From the human T2T-CHM13v2.0 reference genome, Homo sapiens, in assembly GCF_009914755.1 (NCBI RefSeq), contig NC_060928.1: a stretch of 64,000 nucleotides of DNA, one strand, 5' to 3'. Position 1 is the first letter of the stretch, and each line of letters begins with the position of its first letter. Position numbers and translations under genes: made by a program. Below the pieces are notes generated by a model. It saw only the letters and a program-made list of their open reading frames with translations, was not told where the DNA came from and did no database searches. Positions 52,009 through 64,000 of the stretch are shown one piece after another.

Positions 52009-53049
52009 AAAATTTCAACAGCTTTATTGAGATATAATTGATATAATTTAAAAAATCCTGCACATGTGTCATGCTGGAGCCCTATTGATTCCAACAGGGA
52101 TGGCGCCTTGTCCAAGAAGAGACCCAGAGCCAGTGAATGGGACATAGGGTTTATTTAGGACTTAAATACAGATGTGGTCCAGTGTCAGTGGGCTGGACAG
52201 GACCGCTACTATTTGTAAAGAGTATGTAGTTTATATAACATTTCTACTTAGCACTCTCCACTTAGCAACCTCCATTTAACCCAAAATAAAAGGCCTTGGT
52301 TCCTTGCACATCCTGAGTTCCAACGGACAGGCAGGGAGTTCAAGTGTCCTTCACAGATAAGAAGTGAATCTCTCTGGGTTGGCCATTCCCGGATTCCTTA
52401 GCTTAGACTCTGAACACATATTCTTCTTAGACCATACAGTCATTCTCAGGGTATGCTTGAGTTAATGCTGTCGGATGCATCTGTCATACAAAGTGTTTAA
52501 CATATACGATTTCATGATTTTGGAAATATGCATACACCCATGATATCACTGGCACAGTCAAGATATTAAATATATCCATCACCTCCAAAAGTTTCCTTGT
52601 GTTCATTTATTTTAGTTTTTCATGGTAAGAACATTTAATATGAAATATTATCAACAAATTTTTAAGTGCACAATACTGTATTATTAATTTTAGGCATTAT
52701 GTTGTACAGTAGATCTCTAGAACATATTCATCTACTAAAAATGAAATTTTATCTCCATTTCCCCCTACCTCCCATCCCCTGGCAACTACCATTCTATTTT
52801 CCACTTTGACTGTTTCAGATACCTCATATAAGTGAAATCACACAGTATCCTTTCGCACTGTTGTGGGGATGTAAAACGGTGCAGCTACCATGGGAAGAAA
52901 TGTGGAGGCCCCTAAAAAATTTTTTTAAAAATTCTGATTATCATATGATCCAGCAATCTCACTTTTAGGCATATATCCAAAAGAACTGATATCAGGATCT
53001 GGAAGCAATATTTGTGCATCTGTGGTCATTGCAACATTATTCACAATGT
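52009..53049 (-). mobile_element. 5'-inverted L1 (L1MA-like)
   Basis: Antisense L1 3' end 52009-52850, sense L1 segment ~52855-53047, TSD TCAGG(C/T)CCTTT. Confidence 0.75.
52067..52490 (-). mobile_element. ERVL-class solo LTR (LTR32/LTR47-like) inside the L1
   Basis: TG...CA termini; minus strand AAGCATACCCTGAGAATGAC..GGAATCCGGGAATGGCCAACC and an AATAAA. Confidence 0.65.
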
Positions 53050-53664
53050 TCAGGTCCTTTTATATGATGCCCTCATTGCAGCAATGTCTTCCTCCCAACA
53101 CCATCTGACAAACTGCTATTTGTTTTTAAACCTCACTTTAACTGTCACCGCCCAGAGAAGACTTTCTAAAACCTTTGGGCAAATTTTATTACTTTTTGAC
53201 AATGAATGCCTGAGGCTTATCCAGCTTTGATTCCAGAAACATCAGCCTGTCAGAATGGCTAATTTTCATGCATTTGTGAATGCTGGATGGCTAAATCCAG
53301 TGATTTTCAAAGTCTCGAACATCCTCTTTTTAAATGTAGAACCCATTTTCCAATAAAGCCACAAACAGAAACTCAACATGCAAAGTTCTTGAATATGGAA
53401 CTTTTGGGGCAATACTGAGAGTCGCAAAAGTTCACTGAATGAAAAATGCGGGTTGGGAAGACTGCAGTCATCAGACCTTTGCTCACTCCTTACGTGTTCA
53501 CAGAGGATCAAATGAATCCCTAGAGCTTGAAGTAATGCCATAGAAGAAAAACCACTAAAGTAGATAATCTGATGGTCAATTCTTAGTTAATGTACAAATA
53601 GAAAAAACACAGAGACCACTCCCAGGTAATATGTAAGTCTATCTAGAAAGAAATGCACTTTCTT

Positions 53665-53825
53665 GGCTGGGCACAGTGGCTCCCATCTGCAAACCCAGCA
53701 CTTTGCTGGGATGAGGTGGGAAGATTGCTTCAGACCAGGAGTTAGAGGCCAGCTTGGCAACATAGTGAGACCCTGTCTCTACTATAAAACTTGTAAAAAC
53801 AAACGAAAATACAGTAACGAAAAAA
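53665..53825 (+). mobile_element. FLAM/Alu monomer
   Basis: 17-nt TSD AAGAAATGCACTTTCTT. Confidence 0.88.
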
Positions 53826-54343
53826 GAAATGCACTTTCTTAAGGTGTCATTTGGTAAGAAATGTTATGTGTCTGATTTTGCCCATGCACAATTTTGAATA
53901 TAATAAAAAAGGTAGCTTCCCCTATTTAGAATATATAAAACAGTAACAACAAGATTGTATAACTCATGATTTTAAGATGATAATAGAAAGATTAGTTGAA
54001 AGTTTTTAATCCCACACTGTGGTATGAGAACTATTTTATTTTTATATATATATATACATATATAATTATATATATGTATATATAATTATACAATTAGGAC
54101 TGAAAGTCTGCAACAAACTATAATGGATGTATGCACTTGGGACATAAGCCTCTAGTTCCTCTTTATTTATGAACCAAGAGAAACAGCTAACTCAGGGATT
54201 GTTTTTAAACTGACTACAGATTCCCACCATGGGGCAAAAATATGGGTGACATGACACATCACCAGCTGCAGTAGCTCAGCTCACATTTCTGTTTAAGCAT
54301 TACACACATAATATCCTGTATGCTGATCATTTAAACTTACTGA

Positions 54344-54642
<299 letters not shown>

Positions 54643-55206
54643 CTAGGTTTATTACATCAGAGACTCTAAGGGCAAAGAGCCTGAGTCTCCATTTTAAAAT
54701 AAATGTCCCTGAGAGTGACTGATCACTGGTTGGATTTCAGAGTTACTGATAGAGGCTACATTTGTATTTACCTGAGACTCCCTTGATATTTCTTACCTAC
54801 TATCCTTTTCACTCAAATGGTGACCATGAGGCAATATTTTGAGCAAATAGTCATCCTTAAAGTTACCTTGAATAACTTCATGGTGACCACTGCCTATGTT
54901 TAAGACCAGACTTGGGTTTAACATCTCTCCAAATGCTAGAATCACTATTTCCACTATACTTCCGCTAGTCTCTGGTGATTCTTTGGATTGGACTTCAAAT
55001 TCTCTTGCAGTGTAGAAAAGAATTACAGATGCTACCTCTCATGTGTACATAGAGCTGACATTTCAGTTTTTGAATTCCATCCTCCCCCCTCACTATTGCA
55101 TGTGATCTGATGCTCTTGCTTGAACTTCTTGTGGTGTGCAGCTCTGCACCAAATAGCAATGAATTGGTACATAGTAATGCAGACACATGGAAAGTGGAAT
55201 CACTGA

Positions 55207-55510
55207 TTTTTTTTTTTTTTTTTTAAGATGGAGTTCTGCTCTTGTTGCCCAGGCTGGAGTACAATGGCACTCGCAATCATGGCTCACAGCAACCTCCGTC
55301 TCCTGGGTTCAAGCAATTTTCCTGCCTCAGCCTCCCGAGTAGCTGGGATTACAAGCATGCACCACCATGCCTGGATAATTTCACATTTTTAGTAGAGACG
55401 GGGTTTCTCCATGTTGGTCAGGCTGGTCCCAAATTCCCAACCCCAGGTGATCCACCTGCCTAGGCCTCCCAAAGTGCTGGGATTACAGGTGTGAGCCACC
55501 ATGCTTGGCC
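55207..55510 (-). mobile_element. AluS-like
   Basis: Poly-T then antisense Alu. Confidence 0.88.
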
Positions 55511-56083
55511 AACTGACATTTATTTTAACAACATTAGTTGTGGTATTAAATAATGAAAGTAGCCCGTATTCTTTGCAGACATTTTGGGAAATATAGAAAT
55601 GATTAGACCCATTTATAATTTCAACACAAGCAGTGGAATAGCTAATACCTTCATTTATGTTTTTTGTCTTACCCTGTACATGTTTTAGTGCCTGAATTTT
55701 TCACACTGAGTCACAAAAAGTTTTCCATATTATTTAACATTCTTCTATAGTATCATTTTCTGTAATTTGCTTTTTAATGGCCATATGATATTCCATTATG
55801 GGAATTTATTTAAACGTCTCCTCTCATTTCACATTTAGGTTTTTTCCAACCTTTTTCTATTAAAGAGAGTACTGACATTAACATCCTTCTCCATAAACCT
55901 TTTGTGCATATATATTATATAATATATTGTATACATTATTTATAATATAAATTTATTTTATATTTTAAAATATTTATTTTATAACATGGTTTACACATTA
56001 TAAATGTATATTTATAATATTTATTTATTTATTTCTAGGATAAATTACTTGAAGCAGAATATCTGGAGGAAATAAAAGGTTTT

Positions 56084-56235
56084 GGGCTCAGCGCAGTACC
56101 TCATGCCTGTAATCCTAGCACTTTGGAAGGCTGAGGTGGGAGGATTACTTGGCCCAGGCTGCAGTGAGCCCTGACTGTGCTACTGCTACTGCACTACAGC
56201 CTAGATGACAGAGTGAGAACCTGCCTCAAAAAAAA
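56084..56235 (+). mobile_element. Internally deleted Alu (monomer length)
   Basis: Left-arm start joined to right-arm end. Confidence 0.75.
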
Positions 56236-56539
56236 TGTTTTTGGCATTTTAAACTTAAAAAAAAAATATATATATATATATAGCCAAGTAACTCTCCAGA
56301 AAGATTGTACCAATTTACCTTTGATGCACAGAATAACATATTTAATTTTTATTTTGCTTCTCCATCACTAATATTATGATTAAAATATTAGTAATTACTT
56401 TAATTTTAATATCTTGAATTAGTAGTACAAGTAAGAGATTTAAAAATGTTTAATGACTATTTTACTATCTTCTGTGAATTGCCTATCCACGTCCTTTGCT
56501 CAATTTTCTTTTTTTTCTTGTTTTTTCTTCTCTTCTCTT

Positions 56540-56829
56540 TTTTTTGAGACAAGGTCTCGCTCTGTTCCCCAGGCTGGAGTACAGTGGCGTGATCTTGGTT
56601 CACTGCAACTTCTGCTTCCTGGGCTCAGGTGATTCTCCCACCTCAGCCTCCCAAATAGCTGGGACCACAGGCATGCACCACCATACCTAACTAATTTTTT
56701 TGTATTTTTTGTAGAGACTGGGTTTCGCCATGTTGCCCAAGCTGGTCTCAGACTCCTGGACTAAAGCGATCTGCCCTCCCTGACCTCCCAAAGTGCTGGG
56801 ATTGTAAGCATGAGCCACTGCGCCTGGCC
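56540..56829 (-). mobile_element. AluJ-like
   Basis: Antisense Alu dimer. Confidence 0.88.
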
Positions 56830-58524
56830 CTTTCCTCAATTTTCCATTAGCAAAGTCATCTTTTATATGAATTACTCATTTCATAATATGTAGGATAGCA
56901 ATCAGAAACATGGTATTTTCCTCTATACAAATATTTTAATTTGTAAGTAATTACACTGGGAGTCATATACTTATGCAAATAATCTTAACTGGTACGGATA
57001 TTCACCATCAGACACTTTCTTTTCTTCTCCCAGCCAAGATGTGATGAACAGGCAATACATCTTTTTGTTTGTTTTTTGATTCAATTATATTTATTTCTGC
57101 CCCAAACTTTTTATTTTGAACAGTTTATACTCTACAGAGAAATTGCAAGAATTTTAATAAATACCTCTCTGTCCTTCTCCTAGCTTCACCCTTTGTTTGT
57201 TGAAAGGAGATACTTTAGTGCAGTATTGCAACAGCTTATGTAGACATGCAACCTTGAGGTCACAGACCTATGAGGGATTGAGACAAAGGCAAATTTAGCA
57301 AATATTTTCCAGAGTACTCTGCTGCAATAACCACGTACCCACCTTCAGCAATGACCTGGTGAACAGGGAGACTACTGCTTAGTAACGGAGCAATTCTCAG
57401 CTCAAATCTGGCAGGTTCTAAGTTTTCTTGCCTCTGTGGTTTTGAATGGTTGCTCTTACTATGTGAAAATGGAAGACATCATGTCCTGTTCATGTTTAAG
57501 AATTAATTGAGATTTCCCCAGGGGCAAATACTTCACGATACTGCTTTCCTCAGTGATATTTAATGCACTTCCTGCCCTCATCCCCAATTAATTAAGCATT
57601 TTCCTCTATACAGGAGATTTATGAAGTACTTGGAATTCCATTAAAAAGAGGTAATATGTGACTTAAATGAATGCATAAATACATCAAATATAAGATATCT
57701 CAGAAATGGTTTCTGTGTGAATTTTGTTATCCACAAGCAACTTGTATTATTTTCATGGCTACAAGAAATTTCAATGTGGCTGCTTCCCAAGCTGTTTCCC
57801 AAGCAAGTAATAAATGTTGTATTACTTTATTTGAATATAACAAAGCTTTAATTTATGATTGCATGTGCTTACATTGACACCTTGGCATTTCCCTTCAGGC
57901 TTTTCTGGACATGAAAAAGATGAGTGAATTTGGCTGGATGGGTCTTTCTGTTCTGATTCACCAGCTGCACCCCAAGCATCAGCTAACTAACTTGGAAATA
58001 TATTTTGTTTTGGTGGGGAATCTATGACAAAATATAATTAGATCAGTGATACCACTGGGCCAATAATGAAAAGCAAATGCTATGTACAATAGTGTCATGT
58101 TTATTTATGAAGTGTAGTATCATTATCCCAGAATGAATAATGAATGAGGCATGGAACTTAGGTGGTTAGAACCTGTAAGAACAATACTGTGGGCTTCATC
58201 CCCAGGTGTCCTCCTTATCATCACATTATTTCACCTCCTTAAATTACTATTTACTCACCTGAAAAATCAGTTCATAAAATGTTCTCACCTTCATTAAAAG
58301 AACACTAGTAATAATTGATTTCCATTAAAAGTATCCACATATTTGGGGGGAAACTTGTAATTCTTTATTCTAAAGAGTTTCCAGGAACTGAAAGTAAATA
58401 CATAAACACAAGACTTGGATTAAAATGTAAATAATATCTTTTAATAAGAACCCAACAAGGCATCTTAACTTCATTATATTATGCATTCTGTAGAAAGTTC
58501 AAAAAAGATGATAAGTTCCTTGTT

Positions 58525-58870
<346 letters not shown>

Positions 58871-59842
58871 TAGATTCCTTAGCTCACAAAAATTTGTTGA
58901 GTCATTATTATGTGTCAGACCTTGTGTTAAGTACTAGATATCAAATACAGTTCCTACACCTAAGAAAAGAATAACATATACTATGGTATACCAAAGGAGA
59001 ACATCAAAGACAGCTTCAGGCTAAAGGATGGAGATAGATATACCTGGAAGTAAAATTAAAATCTAGCCAGATGTTTTTTCTATTCCTGACTCAGGATTAA
59101 AAACCCCACTTCAACACTTTTCTCTCTAGCAGAAATATTTAAAACCATGTCTTTTCCTGGCAAGATTTTCACATTCATATCTGTTTTGTTCATTAATCCA
59201 TTCATTCAACTAAGGACTAATTTGAAATGGATAGCCTGAATAGAACTTGCATGTTAATGGAGGGATACCATCTTATATAAGTAAGGGAGCAAAAGTTAAG
59301 GAAAGAGGAAACAATAATATTTTAATGTAAATGTAAAATAATTAAGTTTTAAAATTTATTATTTATAAGAAAGTATTCTAAATAAGACGAAAAATAAATC
59401 TTGAAAATCAAGGGATATATAAAACTTAAGAAAAGGGAAAACAATGGTAAAATAAAATCATGTTTAAAAATTCATCTGTTATTTTGGGAAAGTCTTCCAA
59501 ACAAAGTGACAAAAAGTATGTTGAAAATGAAATGACATGTCAAGATATGTAGGCAAATTCAAAGAAAAGAAAATCAAAAGTGATGACAATGTTGCTATTT
59601 CACCAGAAGGAATTTAATTCCAAAAGGAGAAATGGAAAAAAAAAGAGAAACATTATGTAATGATAGAAAGTACAATTTGTGAAGAAGATATAACAGTCAT
59701 AAACTTTCATGCACTGTATAAGGAAGGAGCCAACCTTATGAAACAGAATTCCTAAAATGCAGAGACCACACACATGCACAGAACCACAGAGTGAGGTCTT
59801 TTTACACACACACACACAAAAACATGATGAAAATCTCATAAC

Positions 59843-60360
<518 letters not shown>

Positions 60361-61454
60361 TTAATCAATTAATTAAGAAAATCTAAAATGCTTAGAATGA
60401 AACAGTTGGTTAAATTAACAAAATTTATAAAATACTTGAAAACTAATGATTGAAAGATGACTCACTCTAACCCCCTGAAAAAATAACAAATTGGGTTTTA
60501 AGACGAGAAAACTGGAAATTAAGAAAAACTTCTCTAAGTAGTCCCAGAACAACAAAATAAATAAAAATTAAAAGTACAATTTTACAGACTAAAAAAAAAA
60601 GGAAAAAAAATGGGGAATAGGATGGAGACTACGTCTTCCAAACTCTGTACTTGAAATGTGAGCAAGGAGGTGTAAGCACAGGAGAGAGTTTAGATATAGA
60701 TCCCAAGAAAATCTTATAGAAAAAAGTTGACATTTTAATTCTATGGACAACGAATGCTTTCTTTATTAAAGGATCCCAGTATAACTGGCTACCCATTCAC
60801 AAGAAGATAAAAGTAGATTTTCTTCATGACATATTAAAATAAATTCTAGGTTAAATATATACATGCAAAAGAAAAAACAGGAAAAATAAAAAACATTTAA
60901 AAATTTAAGGAAGTATTTGAAATACTGTATAATCTTAGAATGGGGAAACATTTTGTGTAGGACAGGATGCACCATATAAATGAGCTCTGTCCCAAAGGAG
61001 TTCATAACCTAGTGCCACAAATAATATAAATATGTTAGAGGTAGGGATAGAATATGCTATTTTTGAGATAAGAACAAAAACAGTGAGGACCTAGAGGACA
61101 ATTCAATTCATTCTATGATGGGCACTGGGGAAGGGTTCACAGAAGCAGCATTGAGCTGTTTTTAAAGGAGTGAATGGGTGTCTTCTAGGTAGTTTGTGAA
61201 AAGGCCCCAAATCATTAAAGGACCTGGTATTTCAGTGCCAGTGAGAAATTCAGTGTAACTAATGTGTAGAATGAATGATTGCAGAGGTTGAAAATGGACC
61301 AATTTTTGAAAGAGTTTATATTCCAAGCTAAGAAGTTTTAACTTAATCTTAATGTCTGCCTCCTGCTTAAGGCCACTGATTGTAGTTGAAGCTATGGTGA
61401 TTGTCAGATCAATCAAGGAGAAAGAGAAGAGCGAGAAAATGTTTGGCCAAGACT

Positions 61455-61875
61455 GGTAATTGCAGACTTCCTTATCTATTCTCCCCCTTTTCCTTATTAG
61501 CAGAATCCTGATTTTAGTTAGGATAGTCTTGTACCCAAGCTAATAGTCAACTTGACTCAGCTTCTCCTGCAACTGAGCTTATCTATGTGACTAAGTTGTG
61601 GCTAATATAAGCAGAAGTGCTGTTTAGAACACTCAAGAAAGTTCCTTAAAAGGAGAAGGTACTCCTTTGCCCTTCTTTCTTTTCTCCTTCTTCCAGATTG
61701 CCAGAGGACATGATATTTGGATTACAAGTTGAACCAAGGGATAGAAGTCTTTTATTAAAATGACGGCTTTCTGAAGACTATGTGGACATACTCCTACATA
61801 GGCTTTTTTGTGAGCAGGAAATGAATTTTTGCCTTGTTGAAGTCAGATGTACCAAACCTAATCCCAAATGATAAA
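61455..61875. mobile_element. Old ERVL-type LTR remnant
   Basis: ATTCTCCCCTTTTCCTTATTAGCAGAATCCTGATTTTAG...TGTGACTAAGTTGTGGCTAAT motifs. Confidence 0.4.
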
Positions 61876-63717
61876 GATGAGTACCAATGTAAATGCAATG
61901 AGAAACCCCTACATTTAAGAAGTGGTCAGAGAAGAAATTACCAGTTAAAAACACTGAAAAGAGTAAGACGGGAAGAAATGGTATAGAAACCAAGACAAAA
62001 GGACAGGCCCAAGAGGCAGGATAAGGGCAAAATAAGTAGCAGATGTTTAAAAGAGAGAAGTAGAAAGAGGCTTGAATGCAGCACATTTAATTTACAATTG
62101 CAAAGTTGTGTTGATTTGAGATCAATTTCAAGAGTGTGGTAATTGCATGAAAACCAAGTTGAAATGGGCTTCTGAGTGAATAAGAGTCAGGGAGCTAAAT
62201 TAATATTTAATTTCAGAAAAAATGAAATAATTTCAGAAAAAATTTCACCTAAAGATAAGGTGAAATGGAAAATAGATGTTTCATGTCTTTTCTGACAACC
62301 AAATTGTATCTCCAATTCTCATGATCCTGCTAATATTGGCTACCATTTATTAAATTAAAAGAGGTTTATCTAATCCTTTGATAAACTCAAAATCTTCTGA
62401 ATAACTAGAAATGAATGGCCCTTCCCGTTCATAATCACTTTCATTCCAGGAACCATTTATATTCCTACATAGTATGCTATTCTGGAAAACAAAATATTTT
62501 CTAGTCTCAACTCAAATTCTGTCAAGGCAATACGTGTGAGTGTAAGTAGAGTGGGGATAGAGATAGCATGAAGTTCTGATGTCTGAAAGAAGTGAAGCTT
62601 CATTTGATTCTGAAGAAGTTCTTGTCCAAGTATCCAACCATTTGAAGGTATAGCGTTTAGTTTGTATCAGAGATTTACAATTCCCCATAAAGAAATGCAA
62701 GAACTCTGGGGTTCATCTGTGATGCATTTGCAAGGTTATTTCCCCTTTGATCCCCAGGCTCTGGCCCCTAGCTGTAGCCTCTTTTTCCTCCTCCCTCTCT
62801 TCTCCTCTCCTTCCCTCCCTCTCTCCTTCCTTCTTTGAGGGATAATGCAGTTATATCAGAATAGAAGCTATGTAAGAAAGGGTGGTATACTGGATTGCTT
62901 GGGATATTTTAATACATATTCAAGAGAAAATGACAAATATATCTTAATAGAAAAGGATACAAATTAAAAATCAGAAGGCAAGACCACCAGGATTAAAGAT
63001 GCAACTTAGATCAAATATTGACCAAAGTAAATGGGTTGAATTTTGAATATAGCATAGATCATACTTAGTGAGAGGCTTTCGAACTAACGACTTACATTTA
63101 ATAATAATTAGCATGTCACAGAATATAGTTTATGATTATTAGAAAAATGAAGTTAAATCAATACTTGGGAGATTGTTTATTAATGTGTGAATTATGTCTT
63201 TTTTTAATATTCATAAATAGTTTTAAAATTTTAAATGTGTTTTAGAAAGAAATTGGTTACTCCTTGGGAAAAAAATAAGTGTGCATTACAACGTCTAGTG
63301 GAAGAGTTTAAAGGATAGATTTTCATTTATATTTAGGAAAGAATGTTTCTCTTGCCTTCCTGGATTTGCTCCATAGCAAAAGACATAAATACATATTGTA
63401 ATTATAAATTGTGCATTGTAATTATAAGTTGTAAATTCTACTACAAAGGTCAGCTATGGTTAGATTCAGTGAGTTTTACCTTAAAATATTGGCTTAAAAC
63501 AATTCAAATCAAATGGATAAAACAACTTTTTGCTTTCCAATGGCATTATGATTTTGGGTGGTATGGGAAGAGAAGTTCTCAAACCAATAGTCTTCAAGGT
63601 TGCAGAGAGAAGCTTCTGTCTGCCACTTTCCTGATGTACTGAATGGCCCTTGGTATATCTTTATAAAAATGTTAAAACCCACAGAGCTATTTAAAGATAA
63701 AAAAAACCTTACATAAC

Positions 63718-63723
63718 TTTATT
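63718..63723 (-). terminator. Candidate FGA alpha-E polyadenylation signal
   Basis: AATAAA on minus strand ~200 nt after the stop; another at 63176-63181. Confidence 0.5.
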
Positions 63724-63858
63724 TTTCAAAGACTAATATGTCTCAGGTACATTTAGCTACAGTACAAAGGATAAGAAAATAGCACCTAGGAATTTTTTAG
63801 GTTGTAGAGAATCTCAACTGCTTTACCTTTTGTATTTTCTCTCCACTTCTCTAGCAAA

Positions 63859-63914
63859 GAAGACAGAGTGCTCCCATTCCCACTTCGAAGACAGAGTGCT
63901 CCCATTCCCACTTC
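63859..63914. repeat. Perfect 28-bp tandem duplication in FGA alpha-E 3' UTR
   Basis: GAAGACAGAGTGCTCCCATTCCCACTTC twice; the junction makes TCGA at 63885-63888. Confidence 0.97.
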
Positions 63915-63920
63915 TTCAGC

Positions 63921-64000
63921 CTATTGGGTCACAAGGGGCCTAATTTTCATGCGAACAGCCCTGAGGGAATAATCTGCCCCTCTAAAGGAAACCCAGACCA
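63921..64000 (-). CDS. FGA: Fibrinogen alpha chain, extended alpha-E isoform, 3' end of last exon (partial; gene continues beyond window)
   Basis: Minus-strand translation VWVSFRGADYSLRAVRMKIRPLVTQ*, a FReD C-terminus paralogous to FGB MKIRP; too short for the ORF track. Confidence 0.93.
   Translation of the reverse strand, partial: VWVSFRGADYSLRAVRMKIRPLVTQ

Noticed and set aside
55900-56035. AT-only low-complexity block with small palindromes
   Set aside because: Ordinary TA-rich simple sequence

Overview
Human (primate) genomic DNA from the fibrinogen locus at 4q31. It holds the complete 15-exon PLRG1 gene on the minus strand (CDS 30078->16455, 1545 nt, 514 aa) with a CpG-island promoter. 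The complete 8-exon FGB gene lies on the plus strand (CDS 42803->50433, 1476 nt, 491 aa) with its HNF1/C-EBP/IL-6RE promoter. The last 26 codons and 3' UTR of the FGA alpha-E exon enter from the right edge on the minus strand. Non-coding space contains processed pseudogenes of WDR77 (inside an L1, itself interrupted by an AluY) and ATIC (5' end kept, 3' end lost), a U6 snRNA-L1 chimeric retrocopy in PLRG1 intron 7, and many Alu/L1/L2/MIR/LTR copies. The most unusual items are: a ~720-bp inverted duplication (flank plus Alu) 4-5 kb upstream of FGB, a MIR-derived 50-nt cryptic stop-containing exon in FGB intron 1, a twin-primed L1 with a nested LTR, several small fold-back palindromes, CTCF-like and liver-enhancer-like motif clusters, and the two-copy allele of a 28-bp FGA 3' UTR duplication. 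I see no evidence of a new protein-coding system. Repeat subfamily names, variant identifiers and literature links are from memory and unverified.
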